NCBI GenBank assembly: GCA_963697895.1
Contig: OY969100.1
Coordinates: forward strand, 1,760,001 to 1,824,000
DNA from: an uncultured Methanomicrobiales archaeon
Lineage (GTDB): Archaea > Halobacteriota > Methanomicrobia > Methanomicrobiales > Methanospirillaceae
DNA: 64,000 nucleotides
Direction: 5' to 3'
The stretch's first letter is position 1; each line of letters starts with the position of its first letter. The notes below the pieces were generated by a model. It had not been told where the DNA came from, ran no database searches, and was given only the letters and a program-made list of their open reading frames with translations. Positions 1 through 11,621 of this stretch are shown one piece after another. Position numbers and translations under genes: made by a program.

Positions 1-676
1 CGGGATGATCGGCGACCCGGCTGCGGTCCTGCCGCTCATCGAGGCGTTGACCGGTGACCCGTACAGCGGCGTCCGATGGAAAGCTTCCGAAGCCCTTGCA
101 CGGATCGGAAAACCTGCTGTCGAACCCCTCATAGCCGTCCTTCGAAATCCCGACGCCGACGTCCGGTGGAAGGCGGCGATTGCCCTCGGGGATATCGGCG
201 ATGAACGGGCGGTCGGACCCCTCATCGAACTCCTCCGCGACGGGGACCGGTTTGTGAAAAGCAGGGCGGCATACGCGCTCAGTTCTGTCGGGCGCCCCGC
301 CGTTCTCCCGCTCATTCAGGCGCTCCGCACTGGGGACGGCAATCTCCGGTGGGGGGCAGCCATCGCTCTCGGTGCCATAAAGGACCCGGACTCGGCACTC
401 CCCCTCCTCCATGCGCTGGGAGACCGGCACGAGAATGTCCGGACCGAAGCAGCCGCAGCGCTGGTGGAGATCGGCCCCCCTGTTATCGGACCCGTACGCG
501 AATTTCTCCCTGATGCAGGGGTAGAAGAGACACGGGAGGTGATCCTCCTGCTCGGAGAGATCGAAGGCCCGGAATCGCGTATCCTGCTGGAAGACCTGTG
601 TAAACACCCCGAACCGGCGATCAGGGAACTGGCGGCAGCCATGCGCGAAAAGCGGGAAAAAGAACTCAATGAATGA
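1..676 (+). CDS. HEAT-repeat (PBS lyase-like) protein, probably 5'-truncated by the window edge
   Basis: Repeated VRWKAAxALGxIGxxAVxPLI units; the frame is open to the window start. Confidence 0.85.
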   Translation, partial: GMIGDPAAVLPLIEALTGDPYSGVRWKASEALARIGKPAVEPLIAVLRNPDADVRWKAAIALGDIGDERAVGPLIELLRDGDRFVKSRAAYALSSVGRPAVLPLIQALRTGDGNLRWGAAIALGAIKDPDSALPLLHALGDRHENVRTEAAAALVEIGPPVIGPVREFLPDAGVEETREVILLLGEIEGPESRILLEDLCKHPEPAIRELAAAMREKREKELNE

Positions 677-927
677 ACTCGGAATCCCAAGATGTCGGGT
701 CTGGTCTCTTTGTCCCGGTGATTGACCTTTACTTCAAGCTTATGAGAGGACAAGGTGCTTCACTACGGGTGTTAATCGATCTTATGAAATATCTTCTCCA
801 CAACAAAACGCGCTGGCCAGGGGTATTGACCTATTCTCCGGCGTTTCCGACGGGGAGCGGATGTGGGCGAACCCCTGCGCCTGCATGCGCGGGTTAGATA
901 TATGAACGCTCATGGTGAACCTGCTTC

Positions 928-1641
928 GTGTTTGGATTATACCGTTACCCGTTCCGGTACGAATCGGATCAATTCCGGATTGCGGTCGAAGAATCCGATA
1001 GTTTCTATCTTTATAGTCGGGACTGCGGCGGAGCGCACCGGGAAAAGGTCATCACGTCGGAGTCCGGGACGATCCTCATCCATCCCGTGGAGCCTTTGTC
1101 GACCCCGAAGCCGGTAACCCGGTTTCTCGAGATCCGGTTCCCCGCAACCATGATGGAACCGCAGTCGGAAAAGAACCTGTATCTCACCTTTCCCCTGGAT
1201 ATCGGCGTCTTCATCGAAGGAAAGGGAGATACCGAAAATATTGATGTTTTTTCGCTTAATTCCCCACAATATTCTTTGTACGGCCCCTCAGACCGCGGGG
1301 TAATTACCCGGTATTATGAGAGCAGGATATCGGGGATGATTCCGGAAACCGATCCGGTCAGGGAGGGGGTGATGAAGCTCACCCTGAAAAACTCAACCCG
1401 CTCGTGGCTCGAAGTATCACGGGCGGTCTTCGATAATACCAACATGTCCCTCTCGTACGACGAGATCGTCGCGATGGTGGGCGGAATGGATCTCCACAAC
1501 AACCTCGTCGCTGAGACATCCATCCTCGATCGGCCGCTCCGGGAGGGGATGAAACGTTCGATCGGCCTCTCTTCGGGGAGGAGAATATTCGCAGAACAGA
1601 AGGCATTTCTGATGGAGCACGGGATCGGTGAACAGCCATGA
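928..1641 (+). CDS. DUF432-family protein
   Basis: GTG start after GGTGA RBS; IHPVEP and YSLYGP..GVITRY motifs; overlaps the mscS start, a common archaeal pairing. Confidence 0.75.
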   Translation: MFGLYRYPFRYESDQFRIAVEESDSFYLYSRDCGGAHREKVITSESGTILIHPVEPLSTPKPVTRFLEIRFPATMMEPQSEKNLYLTFPLDIGVFIEGKGDTENIDVFSLNSPQYSLYGPSDRGVITRYYESRISGMIPETDPVREGVMKLTLKNSTRSWLEVSRAVFDNTNMSLSYDEIVAMVGGMDLHNNLVAETSILDRPLREGMKRSIGLSSGRRIFAEQKAFLMEHGIGEQP

Positions 1642-2477
1642 CTTCTCTTTCAGAGCCGATCATCGGCATGATCACGATCTATGATATTATCGCAATCGCG
1701 GTCATCCTCATCGGGACGCTGATCGCAGCCAAACTCCTCGCTTACCATTTTAGAAAACGTTTGTCGGGAAAGTTAGGGAAAGACGAGCTTGCGATCGTTA
1801 TCCGGGTCGTTTACTACGGGATTATCTTCATCGGCGTCCTGATAGCATTGCCATATTTCAATGTCAACCTCGCGGGGCTGCTGGTCGCGGGAGGGGTCAT
1901 CGGGGTAATCATCGGGTTTGCGAGCCAGAGCGTCGTTTCCAACTTTATTTCCGGACTCTTTATCATCGTCGAACGGCCGGTCAAGATAGGAGACGCCATC
2001 AATATCGGGGAGGTAAATGGAAATGTGGAAGAAATCCGGGTCCTTTCCACGACGGTGAGTGCGATGGACGGGACATACGTCCGTATCCCGAATGAGAAGG
2101 TCTTCACATCGAATATCACCAATTATGTCGCCCATGTGGCCCGCCGCGTGGAGTACACGATCGGGATCGACTATGCCGATGATGCGGCGAAGGCGGTATC
2201 CGTGATCGGGGCACTCCTCTCCACCCACCCGTTTGTGCTGAAGCACCCGAAGCCCCAGATCTTCGCGAAGGAACTCGGTGCGAGTGCGGTGAATATCAGT
2301 GTCCTATTCTGGGTACCATCGGGTGAATGGTGGGACGTTCGGATCGAAATGCTCTGGAAGATCAAGGTCGCGCTCGAAGAGAACGGGCTCTCATTCCCCA
2401 ACCCCCAGCAGATGATCCGGTTCGGGAACGAGCTCCGTATCGAAGGTGGGCCAAATCAGGGGATGGAAGGGAGATGA
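1638..2477 (+). CDS. mscS: Small-conductance mechanosensitive channel
   Basis: Three TM helices, then GFASQSVVSNFISGLFIIVERPVKIGD and IPN MscS motifs. Confidence 0.92.
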   Translation: MTSLSEPIIGMITIYDIIAIAVILIGTLIAAKLLAYHFRKRLSGKLGKDELAIVIRVVYYGIIFIGVLIALPYFNVNLAGLLVAGGVIGVIIGFASQSVVSNFISGLFIIVERPVKIGDAINIGEVNGNVEEIRVLSTTVSAMDGTYVRIPNEKVFTSNITNYVAHVARRVEYTIGIDYADDAAKAVSVIGALLSTHPFVLKHPKPQIFAKELGASAVNISVLFWVPSGEWWDVRIEMLWKIKVALEENGLSFPNPQQMIRFGNELRIEGGPNQGMEGR

Positions 2478-2556
2478 ACAGAGTACGGCCGAACGAAGGG
2501 ATGGAGAAGAGAATGAACAGGGGATGGCCGAGAGGGGGAATGGAGATGAACATGCG

Positions 2557-3120
2557 ATGAAGGACGACGAAGAGATCCAGCAATATGCTGCGGACCTGCA
2601 GCAACCGGATATGGAGGTCCGGAGGGCCGCGGTACGAAACCTGATCGCGGCCGGGCCGGAAGCGGTCCCGCTCCTGATCCAGACGCTGAAAGACGCCCGG
2701 GACGACGACTCCCGGTGGTACACGGCGGTCGCACTCGTCGGGATCGGGGAGCCGGCGATCCAGCCGCTCCTTGAAGCGATGAAGGAGGATACGAACCCGG
2801 GGTTCAGGCGCTATGCCGCGGCAGCCCTCGGTCATATCGGGGAACCCGCGATCACCCCCATGATTGCGGCGCTCGCCGATGGAGACCGGGAACTGCGGGG
2901 TTTTATCGCCCAGGCATTCTGCCGGATCGGCGAGCCGGCTCTCGGGGCGCTCCGCGAGCAGCTGGGAAGCACAGACGAGGTGCTCCGGTCCTGCAGTGAA
3001 CTGATCCTGTGGCAGATGGGAGAAGCGGGGATCGATGCAATGGTGGAATCCTACGCGATCGAAAAAGAGCCGAAGGGAAAGGGCCAGAGCGGGGGACCGG
3101 ACAACAGCCCGGGTTCGTGA
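2557..3120 (+). CDS. HEAT-repeat protein
   Basis: RRYAAAALGHIGEPAI-type repeats; ATG 2557 preferred over 2446, whose extension is low-complexity. Confidence 0.8.
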   Translation: MKDDEEIQQYAADLQQPDMEVRRAAVRNLIAAGPEAVPLLIQTLKDARDDDSRWYTAVALVGIGEPAIQPLLEAMKEDTNPGFRRYAAAALGHIGEPAITPMIAALADGDRELRGFIAQAFCRIGEPALGALREQLGSTDEVLRSCSELILWQMGEAGIDAMVESYAIEKEPKGKGQSGGPDNSPGS

Positions 3121-3350
3121 AAAAGTCTCGCGGTTCACCGGGGGGGGAGGGATTCAGAATCGGGGTTTTTAATCCCGGGACCGGTTGAAGGAAACGTTTT
3201 TCTTATCCCGCCGACAGTTTCGGGAGGCATTCACAACCCTCTTATGGCACGCGGTGAAATATCAGCTCGCATGAACAGGAGGCTGTCTTTCCGATCCGGG
3301 AGGCATCCGGCGCTTACCGGATCAGATACCGACAGAGGATACGGTCTCCC

Positions 3351-6300
3351 ATGATCGAGATCTCGCCGGCCATGGCCGCGTATCGTGCCTCTTTGCAGGA
3401 AGCCCTCGCAGAGGCGATAGAGGTGGCGAAGCGTGCGCGAACAGTCGGCATAGACCCGCAGACGGATACGGAGATCCCGATCGCGAACGACCTCGCAGAC
3501 CGGGTCGAAGCACTGCTGGGGATATCCGGTGTGGCCGCCCGGATACGGGAACTTGAGAGCGGGATGTCCCGGGAGGAGGCGGCGCTCCGGATCGGCGATG
3601 ATTTCGTGGAGCGGAGGTTCGGGGAAACCGACCGCGATCAGGTTCTGGACCATGCGATCCGGACGGCCATGGCCATGCTCACGGAAGGGGTCGTCGCGGC
3701 GCCGACGGAAGGGATCGCAAAGATCGGAATCGGGAAGAACGATGACGGGAGCGAATACCTGAAGATCCTGTATGCGGGACCGATCCGGAGTGCCGGGGGA
3801 ACGGCACAGGCCCTCTCCGTACTGGTCGGGGACTATGTAAGGCGTGCCCTGGGTATCGATCGGTACAAACCCCATCAGGACGAGATCGAACGATATATCG
3901 AGGAGATCCGACAGTATAATTCCATCATGAACCTCCAGTACCTCCCGAGCGAGAAGGAGATCCGGCTGATCGTCGCGAACTGCCCGGTATGCATCGATGG
4001 AGAGGGTACAGAACAGGAGGAAGTGAGCGGATACCGGAACCTTCCCCGCGTAGAGACAAACTCGGTGCGGGGAGGGATGGCGCTGGTTCTCGCCGAAGGC
4101 CTGGCATTAAAGGCGCCAAAAATCCAGAAAAATGTCCGCAAGATGCATATGGATGGATGGGAATGGCTCGGCGAGTTGATCGGAGGAAGCATCCGTAAGG
4201 AAGGAGATGAAGGGGCGGGAGTAGGGCCGAAAGACAAATACCTGCGGGATCTGATCGGCGGCAGGCCGGTCTTCGCCTACCCGATGAGGAAAGGGGGGTT
4301 CCGGCTCCGGTATGGGCGGTCCCGGAATACCGGGTTTGCGGCGGCCGGCCTGAACCCGGCGACCATGTTCGTCCTCGGGGAGTTTCTCGCAGTCGGCACA
4401 CAGATGAAGATTGAACGCCCGGGAAAAGCGGCGGGGATCGTGCCGGTAGATTCGATCGAAGGGCCGACTGTTCGCCTGAAGAACGGGGACGTGTTAAGGC
4501 TGGATGAGGTCGATACCGCCCGTGCAGTGATGGGGGATATCGATATGGTGCTCGATGTCGGGGAGATCCTGATCAGTTATGGTGAATTTCTCGAGAACAA
4601 TCACCTGCTGGTGCCTTCTGCGTACTGCGAAGAGTGGTGGCTCCAGGAAGGGGGGCTGCAGACTCCAGCCGACGAGATGGAAGCGATCACCTTCGCACTG
4701 GAAGGCGGGTATCTCCATCCCGCCTTCACGTATCTCTGGGATGATATCACCTGCGAACAGATCTGGTGGCTCGCCTCGTTCGTCGCAGAGAACGGGGAGA
4801 TCGGAGAAGAGGGGCTGATTCTTCCGTCCGACTCCCCTGCAAAGGCGATCCTCGAGGAACTCCTGGTCCCCCACCGGGTGGTCCCCGGGGAGATACGGGT
4901 GAACCCGTACCTGATCCTCCTCGCATGCCTCGGCCTGGACCATCGCCTCCGGAAGCGGTCCGTATGGGAGGATGCCCCCCGGGACGATCCGCTCCGGCTC
5001 GCGATGCACCTTTCGGGTCTTCCGATCCGTTCGAAGGCCGGAACCCGCATCGGCGGGAGGATGGGGAGGCCCGGGAAATCCAAGCCGCGCAAGATGAACC
5101 CCCCGCCACATTCGCTTTTTCCCCTCGGAGAAGCAGGAGGAACCCGCCGATCATTCCAGGAGGCATCCGCTCATCTGTTACAGGCGAACAGCGACGGGGG
5201 AGTGATCACCGTCGAGGTCGGGAAACGGCGGTGTTCGATCTGTGGGGAATTCACCTACCGGAACCGGTGCTCGTGTGGCGGGCACACTCTGCCGGTCTTC
5301 ACCTGCCCGAGATGCAAACGGGAATCGGATACCGGAGAATGCCCTGCATGCCATACCCCGACCGTATGCCTCCAGACCTGCACGATAAATATGAAGGCAG
5401 AATTTGCTGCGGCGGTTGCATCGCTCGGTATCCGCGAAACGGCGGTTACCCTGGTTAAGGGAGTAAAGGGCCTGATATCCCGGGAACGCGCAGTCGAAGA
5501 TATCCACAAGGGAATTCTCCGTGCACAGTACGAACTCTTCGTATTCAAGGACGGGACGATCCGCTATGATATGATCGACCTTCCGCTTACCCATTTCAGG
5601 CCATGTGAGATCGGGGTCACGATCGACCAGCTCCACCAACTCGGGTATCAGCAGGATATCGCCGGGAACGCACTCAATGAGCCCGGACAGGTTGTGGAGC
5701 TGCGACCACAGGATATTCTCGTCTCCGATTCCTCTGCGGATTACCTCATGCAGACGACCCGGTTCATCGATGACCTGCTCGTCAAATGTTACGGACTCGA
5801 ACCCTTCTACCGGGTGAGCGACAAAAAAGATCTCCTCGGGCATCTCGTGATCGGGCTTGCCCCGCACACGAGCGCCGGTGTGCTTGCCCGCATCGTGGGA
5901 TTTTCTCGGGCGAATGTCGGATATGCGCACCCGTTCTTCCACGCCGCCAAGAGGAGGAACTGTTTTTACGGAGACACCCGGATCGAGGTCTTCGACGGAC
6001 GGAACTGGAAGACGGTCCCCATCCGCCAGTTCGTGATCGAGAACTTCGATATCAGTCGCCCGGGGATCGACCGTCTGGGGACCTATTATTCCGATCCCCA
6101 GACCCATTGCCTGACACGGGCGGTGGATACCCAGGGGCACCTTCATACCCGCCGGATCACCTCCGTCTCCATTCATCGTGCCCCGGAATCCCTGATCCGG
6201 TTCACGACCGGGCTCGGGAAAGAGATCGCCGTGACACCCGATCATGCGATGCTCGTCTGGGACCTCGCCTATCTCCGAAAGGTAAAGGCGGTCGAACTGA

Positions 6301-7208
6301 AGGTCGGTGACCCGGTGCCGGTGCTCGTCGGGCAGAACATGCTCACCGACCATATCACCGCCCGGGATATCATTCCCTCCCCGGAGGAGCGGGTATTCTG
6401 CCTTACGGTCGCCGAGGAGCACACGGTACTCGCAAACGGGATCTTCACGGGCCAGTGCGATGGCGATGAGGATTGCATCATGCTCCTCCTCGATGGCCTG
6501 ATCAATTTCTCCCGGTCGTACCTTCCGGAGACCCGCGGGGGGACGATGGATGCGCCCCTCGTCCTGACGAGCTGGATAGACCCTTCTGAAATCGATAAGG
6601 AGAGCCACAATATCGATGTCGGGGCGAGCTACCCGCTCATACTCTACACCAGTGCGCTCCGGTATGCCCATCCGAAAGAGCTGGAAGGGGTGATCGACCG
6701 GGTAGAGCGGCGGCTCGGTACCCCGGCACAACACGAGGGATTCCTCTTCACCCACGACACCTCCGATATCTCTGCCGGCCCGATCGAGTCGATGTATACG
6801 CAGTTGAAGTCCATGACTGAGAAGCTCGAGGCCGAGCTCCGGCTTGCTGAGCAGATCCGCGCAGTGGACGCGGATGACGTGGCGGAGCGTGTACTCACCA
6901 CGCATTTCATCCGTGACCTGATGGGGAACCTGAACGCATTTTCAAAACAGAAGTTCCGTTGCAGCAAATGCAACCATAGCTACCGCCGGATGCCGATCGC
7001 CGGAAAATGCACCCGGTGTGGCGGGAACATCATACCGACGGTCCATGAAGGCTCGGTGAAGAAATATCTGGAGATGTCCCGGAATATCTGCCAGCGGTAC
7101 CGGGTATCGGAATACACCCGGCAGCGGGTCGAAGTGCTTGACATGGCGATCGCATCCACGTTCGGAACGGAAAAAGACCAGCAGCTGGGACTTGCAGATT
7201 TCATGTGA
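3351..7208 (+). CDS. polC: DNA polymerase D large subunit DP2, intein-containing
   Basis: [41 protein letters not shown] catalytic motif split by the intein, C-terminal Zn fingers and PIP-box QLGLADFM. Confidence 0.97.
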   Translation: MIEISPAMAAYRASLQEALAEAIEVAKRARTVGIDPQTDTEIPIANDLADRVEALLGISGVAARIRELESGMSREEAALRIGDDFVERRFGETDRDQVLDHAIRTAMAMLTEGVVAAPTEGIAKIGIGKNDDGSEYLKILYAGPIRSAGGTAQALSVLVGDYVRRALGIDRYKPHQDEIERYIEEIRQYNSIMNLQYLPSEKEIRLIVANCPVCIDGEGTEQEEVSGYRNLPRVETNSVRGGMALVLAEGLALKAPKIQKNVRKMHMDGWEWLGELIGGSIRKEGDEGAGVGPKDKYLRDLIGGRPVFAYPMRKGGFRLRYGRSRNTGFAAAGLNPATMFVLGEFLAVGTQMKIERPGKAAGIVPVDSIEGPTVRLKNGDVLRLDEVDTARAVMGDIDMVLDVGEILISYGEFLENNHLLVPSAYCEEWWLQEGGLQTPADEMEAITFALEGGYLHPAFTYLWDDITCEQIWWLASFVAENGEIGEEGLILPSDSPAKAILEELLVPHRVVPGEIRVNPYLILLACLGLDHRLRKRSVWEDAPRDDPLRLAMHLSGLPIRSKAGTRIGGRMGRPGKSKPRKMNPPPHSLFPLGEAGGTRRSFQEASAHLLQANSDGGVITVEVGKRRCSICGEFTYRNRCSCGGHTLPVFTCPRCKRESDTGECPACHTPTVCLQTCTINMKAEFAAAVASLGIRETAVTLVKGVKGLISRERAVEDIHKGILRAQYELFVFKDGTIRYDMIDLPLTHFRPCEIGVTIDQLHQLGYQQDIAGNALNEPGQVVELRPQDILVSDSSADYLMQTTRFIDDLLVKCYGLEPFYRVSDKKDLLGHLVIGLAPHTSAGVLARIVGFSRANVGYAHPFFHAAKRRNCFYGDTRIEVFDGRNWKTVPIRQFVIENFDISRPGIDRLGTYYSDPQTHCLTRAVDTQGHLHTRRITSVSIHRAPESLIRFTTGLGKEIAVTPDHAMLVWDLAYLRKVKAVELKVGDPVPVLVGQNMLTDHITARDIIPSPEERVFCLTVAEEHTVLANGIFTGQCDGDEDCIMLLLDGLINFSRSYLPETRGGTMDAPLVLTSWIDPSEIDKESHNIDVGASYPLILYTSALRYAHPKELEGVIDRVERRLGTPAQHEGFLFTHDTSDISAGPIESMYTQLKSMTEKLEAELRLAEQIRAVDADDVAERVLTTHFIRDLMGNLNAFSKQKFRCSKCNHSYRRMPIAGKCTRCGGNIIPTVHEGSVKKYLEMSRNICQRYRVSEYTRQRVEVLDMAIASTFGTEKDQQLGLADFM
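5961..6455 (+). mobile_element. Mini-intein (165 aa, no homing endonuclease) in DP2
   Basis: Interrupts KRRN|CDGDED; begins CFYGDT, block B TPDH, block F VFCLTV, ends GIFTGQ before the +1 Cys. Confidence 0.95.
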
Positions 7209-7263
7209 ATGCATATCTCCAGGGTATTCGATCTTCCCCCGCATCCCGAAAAGAAATTATTTT

Positions 7264-7983
7264 TTATTTATTTTCAGGTCTCCAGGCATGAAGGATGCCC
7301 ATATGGCCGAAAGGACCGTGACAGGGGGTCCGGTCGATAACAAATTCGTACCGCCTCCCAATGTAATCAAGCAGTGCCTGATTGGGGAGACCACCGATGG
7401 GGGGCAGGTGAAGCTCCATCTCGATCCTGCGGATGCCGGAGAGATCATCGGGATCGATCAACCATTCAGCCCCCTCACAATCGCACTTCAGGAAGGTGCA
7501 CCCTTCGGCGAAACGGATTATATCCCGTAGCCGGTATGCCGGCACCCGGGCAGAGCAGCCATCCCATTCGCTCGTGGTGAATTGCCCGGTGCCGAGGGCT
7601 CCCCGGATTACCTGTACCGTTACCCTATTCAACCGGATATTATGGAATAAGAGGTCAGTGGTCACGGGTTCGACCGCAACAACGCGCCGACAGCGTTTCG
7701 CCGCACGTATGGAGAACGCTCCTACGTTCGCACCGATGTCAATCACGGTATCCTCCTCCCGGATATCGTCGACCCAATAGTCTGGAATTTCCGTGATCTG
7801 GCGGAACCCTGTAGGAACAGTACGGAAGAGGGTCCCATCCCGGGTCGTGCTGAGTTTCCCTTCCCGGGAGGTCTGCGGACCTCTCAAGAGAGGGAATCTT
7901 CTTCCTGATAGCGGATTTCGGAAATTCTCAGGAATGCCAGGCATAGAAAACACGCCGTGATCTTTGTACCGGTGGAAATTCAT
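7264..7983 (-). CDS. FkbM-family SAM-dependent methyltransferase
   Basis: VIDIGANVG, VAVEP and LKCDCEGAE motifs; start uncertain (7983 or 7944). Confidence 0.85.
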   Translation of the reverse strand: MNFHRYKDHGVFSMPGIPENFRNPLSGRRFPLLRGPQTSREGKLSTTRDGTLFRTVPTGFRQITEIPDYWVDDIREEDTVIDIGANVGAFSIRAAKRCRRVVAVEPVTTDLLFHNIRLNRVTVQVIRGALGTGQFTTSEWDGCSARVPAYRLRDIIRFAEGCTFLKCDCEGAEWLIDPDDLSGIRRIEMELHLPPIGGLPNQALLDYIGRRYEFVIDRTPCHGPFGHMGILHAWRPENK

Positions 7984-8383
7984 CCTCTGTTGCTATAATG
8001 TGAGAATAGATCCGGGAAAGGAAATAATTGCTGTCAGGCCGGGAGTACATAGTTCTGGCTCACGGTGAACAGGTGATATGGAGGAATCATCATCAGTCAG
8101 AGGAATCATTATCGATCCGTTCCCGGTGATCGGATTCCAGGTGCATTATCAGGGAGTAGTGAACCCCGGTTTTTTCTCGGGGGTAACCGGGAGCATTACG
8201 TATGAACCCGGCAGGGGATTCGTTCGTTGCATCATGGTAATTTCCGTAAAAATCCTGATTATTCTCATTTATGGTATCTTCTCGTCTCTTTCCTGGTGAA
8301 CTGGAGGGGTTCCTTTCGAAATCAGCAGAAGATCCTCTCTTTTACAAGCATTTTAATGGTCACAAAACCCATAATTAATCTGC

Positions 8384-8466
8384 GCGAGGGTATCCAAGTG
8401 GTTAAAGGAGGCAGACTCAAGATCTGTTCTCGCAGGAGTTCGCGGGTTCGAATCCCTCCCCTCGCA
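8384..8466 (+). tRNA. tRNA-Leu (CAA)
   Basis: GCGAGGG/CCCTCGC acceptor stem, GCAGA-CTCAAGA-TCTGT anticodon arm, long variable arm, TTCGAAT T-loop, A73; one C-U mismatch in the T-stem. Confidence 0.95.
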
Positions 8467-8504
8467 TCCAGACAGTAAGTCAGAATTACAGCTTGATGTA
8501 ATTT

Positions 8505-8936
8505 TTATCCTTCCTCATGGTTGCCCTTGACCCATCGATCTCCATCGGAAAGAATTTCGCGTTTCCAGATAGGTGCCCGTTCTTTGATACGTTCGAGAAT
8601 ACATTCGCATCCGCAAAACGCCTGCTTCCGGTGACCGGCCGAGACTACGATGAGCAGAATATCGTCACCGACCTTGAGTTTCCCGGTCCGGTGCACTATT
8701 GTCACTTCCTGAAGGTCGTACTTTGCAATTGCCTCATCCCTGATATCATGTAAGTCCTTCTCGGCAGCCTCTTCATATGCCTCAATTTCGATTAATTCGA
8801 TATCGTCATCCCGAACAACACCAATGAACGACACAATGGCGCCGGTTGTACGCCGCTTGGCATTTTCTATATGGGCCCCGGCATCAAAAGAGTCTCGAGT
8901 AATGGCGATCCTTCCTCTCGAATCCTGATTTCTCAA
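8505..8936 (-). CDS. moaE: Molybdopterin synthase catalytic subunit MoaE
   Basis: GAIVSFIGVVR, HRTGKL, SAGHR, IKERAPIWKRE; probable TTG start at 8936. Confidence 0.9.
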   Translation of the reverse strand: MRNQDSRGRIAITRDSFDAGAHIENAKRRTTGAIVSFIGVVRDDDIELIEIEAYEEAAEKDLHDIRDEAIAKYDLQEVTIVHRTGKLKVGDDILLIVVSAGHRKQAFCGCECILERIKERAPIWKREILSDGDRWVKGNHEEG

Positions 8937-8940
8937 ATGC

Positions 8941-9219
8941 TCAGCCTCCCGCGACAGGAGGTAGTAATGCCAGCTCATCGGTGTCATCCAGGAGAAGCGA
9001 GATGTAATCGGCAGGAAAGATTCGCTTCCGGTTTACCATCAGGATAATATGGTTCCTGATCCGATCCTGGTCATCGAAAATAGCTAGATATCCTTCAGGA
9101 TTCGTCGCAACTACTTCTTTTAATACATCCAACGGGGTAGCACTATCAGAAACTTCCACTTCCCGCCAATCCCCGAATTGGTGTTTGAATCGACCAAACA
9201 TCCGGACATGAATTTTCAT
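8941..9219 (-). CDS. moaD: MoaD/ThiS/SAMP ubiquitin-like sulfur carrier
   Basis: 92 aa ending PPVAGG; lies between a ThiF-family gene and moaE. Confidence 0.9.
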   Translation of the reverse strand: MKIHVRMFGRFKHQFGDWREVEVSDSATPLDVLKEVVATNPEGYLAIFDDQDRIRNHIILMVNRKRIFPADYISLLLDDTDELALLPPVAGG

Positions 9220-9223
9220 ACTG

Positions 9224-9961
9224 TCATCTCTGCAACCCTTTTCCTGAACAGTCCCCACAGTGAGGGTTCCTTTCGACCGGAATCTCCTCGAGCATGCACG
9301 AGAGCCCATCCCACAGGAGTAACCGGTTCTCAAGAAGGGTCCCCAAACTGAGCAGATACTTCAGCACTTCATGGGCCTGTATCAGTCCGATAATACCCGG
9401 GGCTACACCAACAACAGGAAATGTTTCTCTCGGCGGTGGATGGGGAAAAATACACCGCAGACATGCAGTTTTCCCGGGAATGATCGTGGTTATCTGACCC
9501 GCGAATCCGTGTATCGCACCGTGGATGAGAGGGATGTTGTGATCAATCGCGGCACAGTTCAGGATATACCGGGTGGGGTAATTATCCATTGCATCAACGA
9601 TGACATCCATATCGTCGAGTAATGGATCGATGCTCTGTGAATCAATGGTGATCCTGCGTGCATCAACCAGGACATACGGGTTTATCTGAGAAAGTTTTTC
9701 CCTGGCCGAATCTGCTTTCAGCACCCCGATATCCTGTTCCCGGTGCAAAATCTGCCGGTTGAGATTTGAGCGCTCTACCCGGTCATGATCCACGATACGG
9801 AGATGCCCCACTCCCGCAGCAGCAAGATAGTATGCTACCGGGGATCCGAGGCCTCCTGCCCCTGCAATAAGGACTGCCGAGTCCTTTAAGGCCGTTTGGC
9901 CTCTTTCCCCGAAGAGCAACATCTGTCTATGGTATCGCTCCGTTTCCCGGTGAGATAGCAT
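9224..9961 (-). CDS. ThiF/MoeB/UbaA-family adenylyltransferase
   Basis: GAGGLG, SNLNRQ, CLRC and CGDC Zn motifs. Confidence 0.92.
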   Translation of the reverse strand: MLSHRETERYHRQMLLFGERGQTALKDSAVLIAGAGGLGSPVAYYLAAAGVGHLRIVDHDRVERSNLNRQILHREQDIGVLKADSAREKLSQINPYVLVDARRITIDSQSIDPLLDDMDVIVDAMDNYPTRYILNCAAIDHNIPLIHGAIHGFAGQITTIIPGKTACLRCIFPHPPPRETFPVVGVAPGIIGLIQAHEVLKYLLSLGTLLENRLLLWDGLSCMLEEIPVERNPHCGDCSGKGLQR

Positions 9962-9973
9962 TCGGGTCCCCTG

Positions 9974-10435
9974 TTACTCCTTTGCGGTATCTATTTTAGG
10001 GATCTCCGGATGAGGTTCGCACTTGGGATCGTCACCATGGCGATGGCTGGTCTCCTCCCATGGTTCGAGACCATGGTTCACCCGGTAATCATTGATCGCC
10101 TTATGGATCCCTTCTTCAGCCAAGACTGAGCAATGCATTTTTATCGGGGGAAGACCTTCCAACGCTTCTGCGACCGCTTTGTTGCTCACAGTCCATGCTT
10201 CTTCAAGGGTCTTTCCCTTGATCAGCTCGGTGGCCATGCTGCTTGATGCGATCGCTGCCCCGCAACCGAACGTCTTGAATTTCGCATCAACAATACGATT
10301 GTTCTCGATCTTAAGGAAGATCTTCATAATATCCCCGCATATAGGATTGCCAACCTCGCCAACCCCGTCTGGGTTTTCTATCTCCCCCACATTTCGCGGA
10401 TTGGCGAAATGGTCCATCACCTTTTCGCTATACAT
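9974..10435 (-). CDS. iscU: Fe-S cluster scaffold IscU/NifU
   Basis: YSEKVMDHFANPRNVG, CGD, FGCG, KMHCS. Confidence 0.95.
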   Translation of the reverse strand: MYSEKVMDHFANPRNVGEIENPDGVGEVGNPICGDIMKIFLKIENNRIVDAKFKTFGCGAAIASSSMATELIKGKTLEEAWTVSNKAVAEALEGLPPIKMHCSVLAEEGIHKAINDYRVNHGLEPWEETSHRHGDDPKCEPHPEIPKIDTAKE

Positions 10436-11621
10436 GGCAATCTTTCTCCGTGGGGGAATAGAGCGGGGACATCGCACGCAATTTTGTTACCACCTGTGGT
10501 ACCACCTCAAGTACCTTGTCGACATCATCACGGGTATTTTCCTCTCCCAGTGTGAACCGGAGAGATCCATGTGCAACTTCATGGGGGAGACCGATTGCCA
10601 TCATCACGTGCGAAGGTTCAAGCGACCCTGAAGTGCAGGCGCTTCCCGTCGATGCACAGATGCCGTATCCATCGAGGAGTAGGAGCATTGACTCTCCCTC
10701 GACAAATTCCACACTCACGTTCACATTCCCAGGCAACCGCAGGTTGGAATGTCCGTTCAGCCGGGTGTGCGGGATTGTGCTGAGTATTCCATTAATCAGG
10801 CGATCACGCAGGTTCCGGAGCCTTTCAGCTTCTTCCTTCCTGTTTCGTATGGCGATATCGAGCGCTGTTGCCAGCCCCACGATCCCGGCAAGGTTCTCCG
10901 TACCTGCTCTCCGGTTCCGCTCCTGGCCCCCACCCTGAAGAAGGGGATCGATCTTCGTCCCTCTCCTGATATAGAGGACGCCCATTCCTTTCGGCCCATA
11001 GAATTTGTGCGCTGATATGGAGAGCAGGTCAATGTTATCTTCCTTCACCGATACAGGAATATGCCCGACTGCCTGGACAGCATCGGTGTGAAAAGGAATC
11101 CCGTGACTTCGGGCAATACTGCCGATTTCCCGTGTTGGTTCAATCGTCCCGATCTCGTTATTTGCTGTCATGATCGAAATGAGGATGGTCCTGTCGGTGA
11201 TGGAATCTTCAAGGAGTTTCGGATCAATAAGTCCGGATGCGTCAACCGGTAGGAAGGTGACTCGAAATCCCTGCTTTACCAAATACTGTGCTGGATAGAG
11301 CACAGCGTGATGCTCGATTGCAGAGGTGATGATATGGTCTCCTTTTTTCCGGTTTGCATAGGCAATACCTTTCAATGCCCAATTATCCGACTCCGTTCCA
11401 CCGGATGTAAAATAAATCTCTCCCGGCTCTGCACCCAGCGCACGGGCAACCACTTCACGGGCCGATTCAACAACTTTTTTCGATTCCCGTGCTATGGAAT
11501 AGATCGAAGAGGGGTTCCCGAAACGGTCATGAAAATACGGGAGCATGGCCTCCATGACTTCAGGTTTTACTGAAGTGGTAGCGGCATGATCCATGTAGAT
11601 GAGTTTTTGATCAGGTGTCAT
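10428..11621 (-). CDS. iscS: Cysteine desulfurase IscS/NifS (class I)
   Basis: YMDHAATT, SAHKFYGPKG, STGSACTSG. Confidence 0.95.
   Translation of the reverse strand: MTPDQKLIYMDHAATTSVKPEVMEAMLPYFHDRFGNPSSIYSIARESKKVVESAREVVARALGAEPGEIYFTSGGTESDNWALKGIAYANRKKGDHIITSAIEHHAVLYPAQYLVKQGFRVTFLPVDASGLIDPKLLEDSITDRTILISIMTANNEIGTIEPTREIGSIARSHGIPFHTDAVQAVGHIPVSVKEDNIDLLSISAHKFYGPKGMGVLYIRRGTKIDPLLQGGGQERNRRAGTENLAGIVGLATALDIAIRNRKEEAERLRNLRDRLINGILSTIPHTRLNGHSNLRLPGNVNVSVEFVEGESMLLLLDGYGICASTGSACTSGSLEPSHVMMAIGLPHEVAHGSLRFTLGEENTRDDVDKVLEVVPQVVTKLRAMSPLYSPTEKDCHV

Noticed and set aside
2455-2556. Purine-rich GGGATGG/ATGAACA repeats as a functional element
   Set aside because: Short and degenerate; looks like local slippage duplication around a gene junction
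5178-6905. Long antisense ORFs (this one, 33797-34684, 35745-36704, 59024-60322 and others)
   Set aside because: Shadows of GC-rich genes on the opposite strand with no recognisable motifs
8442-8458. T-stem mismatch suggesting tRNA-Leu is a pseudogene
   Set aside because: A single C-U pair in an otherwise canonical cloverleaf; tolerable or a base-call error
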